Part shown: positions 8,376-16,742 of the stretch, in pieces
Numbering within the stretch: position 1 is the first letter of the stretch
Layout: the number at the start of each line of letters is the position of its first letter
Source: Myxococcota bacterium
Lineage (GTDB): Bacteria > Myxococcota_A > UBA796 > GCA-2862545
Reading direction: 5' to 3'
Assembly: GCA_039208735.1 (NCBI GenBank)
Contig: JBCCQY010000136.1
Location: 1-25,487, forward strand
Length of the DNA stretch: 25,487 nucleotides
The notes under the pieces: generated by a model
The model's input: the letters and a program-made list of their open reading frames with translations, nothing else
Databases searched by the model: none
Told to the model about the DNA's origin: nothing
Program-made: the position numbers and the translations under genes

Positions 8376-10172
8376 TCAGGACGTGAACGGCCACCAATAC
8401 GGAATGAGGGCGACTGCGACGACGAGAAACAGCGCGTTCAAGGGCAGGCCCACGCGTGCAAAGTCGAGGTACCGGTAGCCTCCAGGTCCGTAGACCAGCA
8501 GATTGGGAGGGCATCCGATGGGCGTGGCAAACCCTGCCGACGCGGCCATGGCGACGGCGATGGCAAACGGGGTGGGGTCGTGGCCCCCGAGGGCCGCCGC
8601 TTGAAGTGCGACCGGCAGCATGAGGGCGGCACCGGCTGCGTTGCTCACAAAGGCCGCCATCGTCACACCCAACACGTACACCGCGGCCAAGGTGCCATAC
8701 GGGCCCAGCGGCGTCGTCAAGGTGAGAATGCCTGTGGCCAACGCTTGAGCGGCCCCGGTTTCGTCCAGCGCTTTCGCCAGACCAATCGCGCTTCCGATCA
8801 TCACGAGCACCGGCCAGTTGACGCTGTTGCGCGCGGATCTGACGGTCAGGCAGTTGCCAAGGACCAGTACGACAAGAGCCCCCATGCCACTCACCAAGAG
8901 TGGCACTTGGGTAAACGCCGGCACGAGGACCATCGTGACGAGTACGCCAAGCACGAAGCGCGCTCGGGGGTATCGGGTGGGGGCGCCGGTTTCGAGCGCG
9001 CTGATCAGGTAGAAGGCCGGAGAGCCTCGGTAGTTTCGTCCAAATCCGGATGAGGCCCAGAGCATCAGCGTGTCGCCTGGCTCGAGCACGATGTCGCCGA
9101 TCTTCTGGTCGATGCGGGCGCCGGCTCGGTGAACGGCGAGGATTGCGGCATTGAAGCGACGGCGGAACTCGGCGTCCCGCACGGTGAGGCCTAAAAGCGG
9201 TGAGCGATGGCTGATCACGACCTCGAAGAGTTCCTGGTCGTCGAGGGCGATTTGCTCGTCAACAGGTTGCAGGCCGGGCACTTGGCTGATGAGGTCTTGC
9301 ACCGTGGTTGCAACCCCGGTGAACACCAACAGATCGTCGGCGCGAAGTCGATAGCTTGGCGGGACCGCATTGATCGTGGGGCCCTCGCCCCGTCGGATCC
9401 GGGCCAGGAACAGGCCGGGAAGCGAGCGAAGCCCTGCGTCCTCGACGGTCGCACCCACCAGAGGCGAATCGGGGGCCACCCGAAGCTCAACCAAGTAGTC
9501 GCGAGCCTCGGCGCGCGCGGTGCGGATGGCTTCGGTGCGATCGGGAATGAGCCGGTAGCCTACGGTGGTCAGGTAGACGATGCCCACCAGCGTGGTCGGG
9601 ATGCCCACCAGCGCGATGTCGAAAATCCCAAGCGCGGCGATGTTGCGCGCATCGAGCATGCCTTGGACCACGAGGTTGGCCGACGTTCCCACCATCGTGC
9701 AGGTTCCACCGAACATCGCAGCCCATGCGAGGGGCAACAGGAGCTTCGAGGGGGGCAGTTCGATCGCTTTGGCGTGGGAGCGCACGAGCGGAATGAGCAT
9801 CGCGACGATGGGGGTGTTGTTCAGGAACGCGGACAGTGCTGCGGTCGGAATCATCATGCGCAGCATCACCGGCACGGGCTTGCGACTACGGCCGAACAAC
9901 GCGCTCGACATCATCTTCAGGGCACCGGTCTCTTGGACCGCACCTGCAACCACGAGCAACACACCGATGGTGAAGACAGCTTGGTGCGAAAATCCCACCA
10001 GGGCATCCGCAGGGCCGATCACGCCTGCAACCACCAATATGCAGAGGGCGCCAAACATGAGGAAGTCGGGCGCAAGGCGTTCGCGGGCCATCGCGAAGGT
10101 TGCGCTGCCGACCACGACGAGGGTGAGCCACGCATCCCACGCGAGCCCGCCGAGGGTGTCAGGAAGCTCCAT
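8376..10172 (-). CDS. SLC13/DASS-family permease with two TrkA-C (RCK_C) domains
   Basis: SAFLNNTPIV, FGGTCTMVGTSANL, AFVSNAA and FATPIGCPPNLLVYGPGGYRYLDF motifs, plus two 'SPLVGxTVxDA' TrkA-C repeats. Start set at ATG 10172 (MELPD...). Confidence 0.92.
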   Translation of the reverse strand: MELPDTLGGLAWDAWLTLVVVGSATFAMARERLAPDFLMFGALCILVVAGVIGPADALVGFSHQAVFTIGVLLVVAGAVQETGALKMMSSALFGRSRKPVPVMLRMMIPTAALSAFLNNTPIVAMLIPLVRSHAKAIELPPSKLLLPLAWAAMFGGTCTMVGTSANLVVQGMLDARNIAALGIFDIALVGIPTTLVGIVYLTTVGYRLIPDRTEAIRTARAEARDYLVELRVAPDSPLVGATVEDAGLRSLPGLFLARIRRGEGPTINAVPPSYRLRADDLLVFTGVATTVQDLISQVPGLQPVDEQIALDDQELFEVVISHRSPLLGLTVRDAEFRRRFNAAILAVHRAGARIDQKIGDIVLEPGDTLMLWASSGFGRNYRGSPAFYLISALETGAPTRYPRARFVLGVLVTMVLVPAFTQVPLLVSGMGALVVLVLGNCLTVRSARNSVNWPVLVMIGSAIGLAKALDETGAAQALATGILTLTTPLGPYGTLAAVYVLGVTMAAFVSNAAGAALMLPVALQAAALGGHDPTPFAIAVAMAASAGFATPIGCPPNLLVYGPGGYRYLDFARVGLPLNALFLVVAVALIPYWWPFTS

Positions 10173-10268
10173 CGAAGTGTCTTGTCGCCCTTTTCCGCCG
10201 CTGTCGACCATGCCGACGAGCCGTGCCGGGATTACCCGGTTGCTCGCGCGGTGGTCGGGGTGGGCATC

Positions 10269-11735
10269 ATGGGGCGTCGCGAGCAATCGAATCAGCGGTT
10301 TCAACAAGGTTTTCTCGCCGAGTTCGCCTTTCAGGTTCGTGCGTTTGCGCGTCAACTCCGAGCGGACGCCGAGGCCTCGGCCGATGTGGGGTTCGAACTT
10401 GCCCGCCTCGGGGCCCAGGCCGAAACGCTGCAGCTCGCCAATGTGGGCCAGGTCGCACAGGAGGCCTCGAAAGCGCTTTCGGAACCTGGTGAGTCGACGG
10501 GCGATGCTGGCCTAGGTCTCGGGGCCTTGCGTCGCGTGGCGTCAGCAATTCGTGAAGCTCGAGGTCCGCTGCGATTGGGTCCGGTGATCGTCGTGGGGGG
10601 CACCGCTGCGGAGCAGTCCCAGCTGCAGGCCGAGGCGGCGTACTGCGCAGAGCCCATCGAGGTGTTTCCCGAGTTGGCCTCGTTCGCGTCCGACCTGCAT
10701 CCGGATCGGCCTGAAGCAGTGGTGCTTCCGCTCGCCGCTACGGATGCCCTCGCTCAGATGGCATCTCGAGAGCCGAGGGTCCTGCTCGCCCATGGCGATT
10801 CCACTCATGTTTCGGCCGTAGCCCAAGCCCTCGACGCAGGCGCCCACGGCATGGTGTCTGGCCCTCTTACCTTGGCCTCGGTGTTGCGAGCGGTGCGATG
10901 GCGTGGGCGACGGTCCATCGGGCTACGCCAGATCGTATTGGCGCACGATCCAGGGCCCGAACGAGACGCGTTGGCCCAACGGCTTGGGGCGACCGGCTCG
11001 ACGGTGCATCCGGTCGAGGTCCACGTCGTGTCCGACGTTCCGGAACTCTTGGGCTGCATCGAGGCGGGGCCTGCCGCGGTGGTGGCCTTGGGCGCACCGC
11101 TCGCGGGACGGCCGGCGCGCCAGACGCTGCAGGTGCTGCGCGCCCATCCCCATGGGCACAGCCCGGTGGTGGTGTTGGGACCCGGGCCGAACGACCTTGG
11201 CGTAGAGGTGATTTCAACGTGGTCCGACGCCGAGTCGGTGGCGGTGCGCATCGCAGGTTGGGCGCAACACGATGGCGGACCGCGTCGGTGGGATTGGGTG
11301 ACGGGCCTGCACACCCGGTTGGGCGTGTTGGAGGCCGTAGATCAAGCCTTGCTACGCCACAGCCGCACCCGAGCCCCCCTTGCCCTGGCCTTGTTGGACG
11401 TGGCCGGGTTGGGGCAAGCCATCGCGGAGCATGGCCCGAGCGTGGCCGATGTGGCGCGCCGCCAGGTGGCAGAGCTGCTCCGACGGGGCGTGCGAGACGT
11501 GGATGCTGCAGGTGAGCTAGGCCCCGGTCAGTGGCTGATCGTCTTTGAGCGAGCGGGTCGACAGGATGTGGATCGGCGGCTCACCGAACTCGCCACCACC
11601 TATGTCCCCGCCCCCTCGTTGGCCGCAACTCGCCTCGTATGGGGCCTGGCCGACACCTTTCGCGGGCCCCGCGGACTCGCGGTTCGGGCGGAAACCGACC
11701 TGGCCACGCGATTGGCGTTGCCGGGTCGCGGGTAG
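10269..11735 (+). CDS. Degenerate signalling protein: HPt-like + two pseudo-receiver domains + degenerate GGDEF domain
   Basis: This is the 3' part of ORF 9207..11735; the 5' part is antisense shadow of the permease. GGDEF-fold motifs DWVTGLHTR, PLALALLDV and RDVD...GPGQW; receiver-like 'ALDAGAHGMVSGP'. The start position is uncertain. Confidence 0.75.
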   Translation: MGRREQSNQRFQQGFLAEFAFQVRAFARQLRADAEASADVGFELARLGAQAETLQLANVGQVAQEASKALSEPGESTGDAGLGLGALRRVASAIREARGPLRLGPVIVVGGTAAEQSQLQAEAAYCAEPIEVFPELASFASDLHPDRPEAVVLPLAATDALAQMASREPRVLLAHGDSTHVSAVAQALDAGAHGMVSGPLTLASVLRAVRWRGRRSIGLRQIVLAHDPGPERDALAQRLGATGSTVHPVEVHVVSDVPELLGCIEAGPAAVVALGAPLAGRPARQTLQVLRAHPHGHSPVVVLGPGPNDLGVEVISTWSDAESVAVRIAGWAQHDGGPRRWDWVTGLHTRLGVLEAVDQALLRHSRTRAPLALALLDVAGLGQAIAEHGPSVADVARRQVAELLRRGVRDVDAAGELGPGQWLIVFERAGRQDVDRRLTELATTYVPAPSLAATRLVWGLADTFRGPRGLAVRAETDLATRLALPGRG

Positions 11736-12776
11736 CTACAGCGCTGTGACAAAGGCCTGGCAGTCGCCCTTGGCGCATGCAGATGCCGCAACCCCCGCGT
11801 CGGGGGTGGTCTCTCCGAGCACCGCCAAGACCGCGCGACGAAGCGACTTGGGGAGGGTCTGTAGCGTCGCGACCACCCGGGCTCGATCGGCATCACCGCC
11901 CGGCGCAGGGCAGGCATTGAGCACCCAGTGACGAACGGAAGTGGCTTCGGTGAGGTGAAGTCCCGGTCGCCCAAGCCGCAACCCGTGCCGTGTGGTGAGC
12001 AGCGTTTCTCCATCGGCCACGGTCACGTCGAGTGCGAACCGCACGTCGTCGTTGATGGCCAGCCGAGACCCTGGCACCTCGCTTGGGTCGGGCATCGGAG
12101 TCCCACTCGGCGTTTGGGTATCGAGGGCGAGAGAGCCCCGGTCCGGCAACCAGGTGCATCCTTGTGGGCTCGCCTGCACGACGACTTCGCCGTCCCATCG
12201 CACCGTCGATCGGACCCACTGACCTTCGGAAGTGGCTTCTTGTCGGGTCAAGGGCACGGCAACGGAATCGGCGTCGCCAGCGGCTAGCTCCCGGTCAAAT
12301 TCGACGGGCACGAAGCCATCGCGCTCGACGAGAATCTTGTGGGCCCCAGGGCGCAGGGCCAAGACCAGCGGGGTGGTTCCGCGCTCGCCAAGGTCGCGCC
12401 GTTCCACGAACACCCGGGCTCCTGGCGGGTCGCTGTCGATCGACAGTCGACCGATCAGTGGAGCCAAGCGCGCCATTGCCGCTTCAGCATCCCGGTCGTT
12501 TTCATTCTGCTGCAAGGAGGCGGCATAAAACCGCCACGCCTGAGCCGGTTGGGCGAGCCGGTCATAGCACAACGCAACGTTGAATGCGGTGTTGGAGTTG
12601 GGGGCAAGCCGGTTCGACTGCAGCAAGTGCGCCAGGGCTGTGGGGAACTGACGTGCCTTGTAGGCCTGAAGGCCAAGGGTGAAGTGCAACTGAGCTTCTT
12701 CGGCGAGGTCAGCCTGAATCGGGGCCGCGCTTGCCATTGGAACGAGGCTCGCAAGGAGCCCCCACCATGCGATCAT
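11736..12776 (-). CDS. Secreted TPR-like + PEGA domain protein
   Basis: Signal peptide ending ASA; TPR-like helices 'AQLHFTLGLQAYKARQFPTALAHL...FNVALCYDRL'; PEGA 'LSIDSDPPGARVFVE...GTTPLVLALRPGAHKILVERDGF'. Confidence 0.85.
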   Translation of the reverse strand: MIAWWGLLASLVPMASAAPIQADLAEEAQLHFTLGLQAYKARQFPTALAHLLQSNRLAPNSNTAFNVALCYDRLAQPAQAWRFYAASLQQNENDRDAEAAMARLAPLIGRLSIDSDPPGARVFVERRDLGERGTTPLVLALRPGAHKILVERDGFVPVEFDRELAAGDADSVAVPLTRQEATSEGQWVRSTVRWDGEVVVQASPQGCTWLPDRGSLALDTQTPSGTPMPDPSEVPGSRLAINDDVRFALDVTVADGETLLTTRHGLRLGRPGLHLTEATSVRHWVLNACPAPGGDADRARVVATLQTLPKSLRRAVLAVLGETTPDAGVAASACAKGDCQAFVTAL

Positions 12777-14452
12777 CAGCGGGTTCCTCTCGGGTCGGGC
12801 ACCGCCTCCGGATCGACGTGTGGGGCGGCTTCCGCCTCGGTGGGCAACGGATAGGTCGGGGGCGGCGCAACGACGCGGTACGCCGGGGTAAACGCGGGTT
12901 GTCTTACCGGACCGTCCAGCGGCTGCAACGCAACATCGTGCTGCTTAGCGTCGTCGGTCCAGGGCTGGCGGACGGTGTGCGTCGCGTGACCATCGAGGAC
13001 CAACTGGAACTTGCGTGGTTCCGCGTAGGGCTCGAGGGGCAACACGACTTCCATCGGCGTGGTGCCGATCTCTGCATCGTTCTCGAACACGGTGGCCCCT
13101 GGCGGATAGGTCGACAGGGTCACGATCGCGGGGAATCGAGCGGGGGTGCTCGGCGCCATGATCGGTTCGACCGGCGCGGGAGGCGGTGTGCTGAGCGAGC
13201 CCAAGATCGCCACGCCACCCAACACCACCAACGCCATGAGGCTGGTCGCGGCAAGAAGCGATGGCAACGAAGCGCCGGACGTCGACCGGGTTCGCGGAGG
13301 CATCGATGAGACCGAGGTGGGGGTCGGCGCCGACTGGACCATCCGCGGCCGCACGGTGCCTCGACTGCCAATTCCACTGGGAGTCGCTGGCTTTCCGTCA
13401 TCACTCGCCCGCGGTACAGTGGATTTTGCCGTACGACCGGAGCGCGGCAGGTTGCCGATCGTGGAGTCGATGCGGAGGGCGGCTCCCGGACGTGGTGAGG
13501 TCGAGGCCGAACTCGTGCGTGTGGGGGCACTCGGTGCGGTGGCGGCCGCGTCCCTTCGAGGCGCGGCTTCGGCTGACCATTGCCCGAGGCTCGGGGCAAG
13601 TTGCCGTTCGGCATGCCGCAACGCCTCGATCCATTCCTCAATCGTAGGTCGCTTCGCTGGATCGTGGCCAAGGGAGGCCGTCAACGGCGACAACAGAACC
13701 GGGGGCACCGCGGCAGGGAGCCGTTCCATTGCCTCGCTCGGATCAAAGACCGGGGGCGGGTTGTTCTTGCGCACCAGATACGGTGAAGTGCCGGCCAGCA
13801 TGCGGTAGAGCAATGCCGCGAACCCGTAGATGTCCGAGGCGACGTTGGCCGTGCCGGTATGCAGCGTTTCGGGAGGGACCTCGGCGACCGACCGTGCGCC
13901 TCCGCGCCCAGCGTCGAGGCCAGCCGATTCGATTCGAGTGGCGAGCCCCGCCCATGACAGTTTCACGCGATCCTTGCCGACAATGCGCACCAGCTCTGGA
14001 TCGAGATCGCCGTGTACCAACCCTGCACGGTGCAAGGCATCCAATCCAAACGCGATTTGCAAACCGAGGTTGATCGTGAGGTCTGGCACCACCACGGACC
14101 GTTCGTGAAGGTGCTTCAGCAGGGGCACGCCCCCGGGCGCTTCTTGCACCCAGTAGCAGGTCAGTTCGTTCGGAACGCGTCCGATGTCGAAGGTGCGGCA
14201 AACCTGCGGATGCACCAAGGCCGTGAAGCGTTGCCGGTCTGCATCGAGTGCGTCGAGGAACTTGGGCAGCGGTTGGCTGCCTTGGTAGCGCCACGATGCA
14301 ATGTCGACCTCGATCTCGGATGTGCCAGCGTGAAGGTGCACATCGCCGAAAATGGCCCAACGTGCCCCGATGGTCCAGTGATCGGACAGTCGCCCGCCGG
14401 GGTTGAGCGGCGAGGGGGTCGAAGCGTTGGACGGTTGGCTCGAGACGGTCAT
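12776..14452 (-). CDS. Membrane pseudokinase (Hanks fold) with TM helix and extracytoplasmic PEGA domain
   Basis: Kinase scaffold (LDALHRAGLVHGDL, PPE, SDIYGFAALLYRMLAG, KRP) but HGDLDPEL for the catalytic loop and SWAG in place of DFG. TM 'LLAATSLMALVVLGGVAILG'; PEGA 'LSTYPPGATVFENDAEIGTTP'. Start is ATG 14452 or 14461. Confidence 0.8.
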   Translation of the reverse strand: MTVSSQPSNASTPSPLNPGGRLSDHWTIGARWAIFGDVHLHAGTSEIEVDIASWRYQGSQPLPKFLDALDADRQRFTALVHPQVCRTFDIGRVPNELTCYWVQEAPGGVPLLKHLHERSVVVPDLTINLGLQIAFGLDALHRAGLVHGDLDPELVRIVGKDRVKLSWAGLATRIESAGLDAGRGGARSVAEVPPETLHTGTANVASDIYGFAALLYRMLAGTSPYLVRKNNPPPVFDPSEAMERLPAAVPPVLLSPLTASLGHDPAKRPTIEEWIEALRHAERQLAPSLGQWSAEAAPRRDAAATAPSAPTRTSSASTSPRPGAALRIDSTIGNLPRSGRTAKSTVPRASDDGKPATPSGIGSRGTVRPRMVQSAPTPTSVSSMPPRTRSTSGASLPSLLAATSLMALVVLGGVAILGSLSTPPPAPVEPIMAPSTPARFPAIVTLSTYPPGATVFENDAEIGTTPMEVVLPLEPYAEPRKFQLVLDGHATHTVRQPWTDDAKQHDVALQPLDGPVRQPAFTPAYRVVAPPPTYPLPTEAEAAPHVDPEAVPDPRGTR

Positions 14453-14616
14453 CGGGCGCATCCTACCCCCTTTGTCGCCAGGGGGGAACTGGATGGGTTT
14501 CACACCGGGGTCATCCCCCGATACACTCATCCTTTTCGAGATTTTGCCATACGAGCATGCGAACAGTACTCGCATTTCAGACCGTATCCCGGCGTATCCA
14601 TGGTAGGGGGCAGGGT

Positions 14617-15759
14617 GTGAACCGGTTTCCATTTCGTGTCGATGCAACAGCCGGGCGCGCGCGCGCCGGAACCCTTGAACTTCCCCATGGTGAGGTGAAG
14701 ACCCCGGTTTTCATGCCGGTTGGGACCCAGGGGGCCGTGCGCTCGGTGCCCCCGCACATGGTGGAGCAGACCGAGGCGCAAATCGTGCTTGCGAACACCT
14801 ACCACCTAAGCCAGCGGCCGGGTGAGAAGCTGGTGCGCAAGCACGGGGGACTGCACCAGTTCATGGGGTTGTCGTTGCCGCTACTCACCGATTCGGGTGG
14901 GTTTCAGGTGTTCTCGCTCGACAAGGAGGTCACCGAAGAGGGGGTGGCGTTCGCCTACGAGGTTGACGGGCGAAAGACGTTCCTGTCTCCTGAGCGGTCC
15001 ATGGAGATCCAGCAGGATTTGGGCGCTGACGTGGCCATGGTGTTCGATGAGTGCGTCGCGTTCGAGACCGAACGGGACTATGTCGCACGGTCCATCGAAC
15101 GCACCACCCGATGGGAAGCGCGTTGTCGTGAAGTTCACACCCGCGAAGATCAAGCGCTGTTTGGCATTGTGCAGGGGGCTGGCTTCGAAGATCTCCGCCG
15201 GGCTTCCGCCGAGGCGATCGTCGACCTCGACTTCGATGGGTACGCCATCGGAGGACTGTCGGTGGGCGAAGGTCACCACGAGATGATGGATGTGCTCGAC
15301 GTCACCACGCCCCATCTGCCGCACGACCGGCCTCGTTATCTGATGGGGGTGGGGCGTCCCATCGACCTGGTTGAAGCCGTGGCGCGAGGCGTTGACATGT
15401 TCGACTGTGTCATCCAGACCCGTCACGCCCGTTCAGGGATTGCCTGGACGTGGGGCGGCCGAATTCGTCTGACCGACAAGCGCTACCGCAGCGACATGTA
15501 CCCGATAGACACAAACTGCACATGCCCGGTCTGCCGCACCCATACGAGGGCCTACCTCAACCACCTGTTGAGGGTCAAAGAGGTGCTGTCGGCCACGCTC
15601 ATCTCGATGCACAACATCGCGTGGTTCCAACAGTTTATGGCCGAGATGCGACGTCAGATCGAGGCGGGCACCTTTGAAGCGTTTCGGTCGCGCATCCAGG
15701 CGCTGTACCCTCCGGATGCGCCTCAACATCAACGCAAAACAGGCAAACGGGGCAGGTGA
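14617..15759 (+). CDS. tgt: tRNA-guanine transglycosylase (queuine tRNA-ribosyltransferase)
   Basis: TPVFMPVGT, ANTYHL, TDSGGFQ, FDEC, GGLSVGE, YLMGVG, DMFDCV and Zn site CTCPVC...H. Cys (DEC) and Val (LSVG) match the canonical preQ1-inserting type. GTG start at 14617. Confidence 0.97.
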   Translation: MNRFPFRVDATAGRARAGTLELPHGEVKTPVFMPVGTQGAVRSVPPHMVEQTEAQIVLANTYHLSQRPGEKLVRKHGGLHQFMGLSLPLLTDSGGFQVFSLDKEVTEEGVAFAYEVDGRKTFLSPERSMEIQQDLGADVAMVFDECVAFETERDYVARSIERTTRWEARCREVHTREDQALFGIVQGAGFEDLRRASAEAIVDLDFDGYAIGGLSVGEGHHEMMDVLDVTTPHLPHDRPRYLMGVGRPIDLVEAVARGVDMFDCVIQTRHARSGIAWTWGGRIRLTDKRYRSDMYPIDTNCTCPVCRTHTRAYLNHLLRVKEVLSATLISMHNIAWFQQFMAEMRRQIEAGTFEAFRSRIQALYPPDAPQHQRKTGKRGR

Positions 15760-15807
15760 CGTGGGGCGGTTGTGACGTTAGCCGCACAGGGTCAATGGAG
15801 TTTACGT

Positions 15808-16026
15808 TTGGCGTCTGACGACCTCATCGAAATTGAAGGCATCATCAAAGAGGTGTTCCCGGGTGGGCATTTTCTTGTCCAGACCGATGCAGACACCGAG
15901 GTGCATGCCCACCTCGCCGGCAAGCTGCGCCGCTACCGCATTCGTGTGGTGCTTGGTGACCGCGTGACCGTCGCTGTTTCACCCTACGATTTGACCAAGG
16001 GACGTATCGTCTTCCGGCACAAGTAG
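15808..16026 (+). CDS. infA: Translation initiation factor IF-1
   Basis: 72 aa from TTG at 15808 with GGAG 7 nt upstream. IEIEG, GKLR..RIRV..GDRV and SPYDLTKGRI motifs. Confidence 0.95.
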   Translation: MASDDLIEIEGIIKEVFPGGHFLVQTDADTEVHAHLAGKLRRYRIRVVLGDRVTVAVSPYDLTKGRIVFRHK

Positions 16027-16030
16027 GGGA

Positions 16031-16609
16031 TTAGCGGCGCGATCGTCGCTTCTTCGGAGCCGAATCCACCAGCGAGCTTCGCCCAAGCGCAAAGGGAAGA
16101 AGCTTGGTGATGTTTCGGGCATCGTCGAGACCTCGGTGATGGGTGCCTTCCAAGGTCAAGCCTGCGCGCTTGAGGGCGGCGGCCATGCCGCATCGACGCG
16201 TGTTCGTGGCTTTGGCGAATGCGTTCTTCACATTGAAGTGGTGTGCGGTGTCGAGCGGGAGGTCGATACCGTGACGCCGCGCGTCTTGGAGCAATTGCAG
16301 CTTGTCGTACGCGCCCCATGAACCAAAGATGGTGGGGCCGGGCAGCCAGGCTGCGAGCGCGTCGATCGCGAAGGGAAACACCTCCGCGGCGTCCACGTCA
16401 GCTTGGGTGATGTGCGTGAGCTGCGTGCAGAACGGCGTCAGCCAAGGCCGCACGACGGGCTTCACAAAGGTCTGGAACGTATCGATCGGGGCGAGGGTGT
16501 CGGCGTCGACGAGCACCGCGCCAATCTCGATGGTCTCCATCTGATCGCGGGGAAAGCGTCGCTCGTCGCACGTCGCTTCGAGATCGATGATGACAAAGGG
16601 CCGCGACAT
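16031..16609 (-). CDS. DEDDh 3'-5' exonuclease, ERI-1/KapD-like
   Basis: IDLEATC, ETIEIGAV, FCTQLTHITQ, WGAYD and HHRGLDDA motifs; AAGGAGG RBS. Confidence 0.92.
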   Translation of the reverse strand: MSRPFVIIDLEATCDERRFPRDQMETIEIGAVLVDADTLAPIDTFQTFVKPVVRPWLTPFCTQLTHITQADVDAAEVFPFAIDALAAWLPGPTIFGSWGAYDKLQLLQDARRHGIDLPLDTAHHFNVKNAFAKATNTRRCGMAAALKRAGLTLEGTHHRGLDDARNITKLLPFALGRSSLVDSAPKKRRSRR

Positions 16610-16742
16610 GAGGGGCCTCCTTGGGTTTCAACTGTTCCCAACGTGGCGGGTCGGTCGCTTGCGCACCCGGACAGGATTCCGGACCCGCGTCGGGGAGGCA
16701 GGCGATGCTAGAAGGAGTTCGGCGCGGACCGAGGTACACCAG

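Noticed and set aside
9207..10268. N-terminal extension of the 842-aa plus-strand ORF
   Set aside because: It is antisense to the well-supported SLC13 permease and its 5' gap; typical GC-rich shadow frame.
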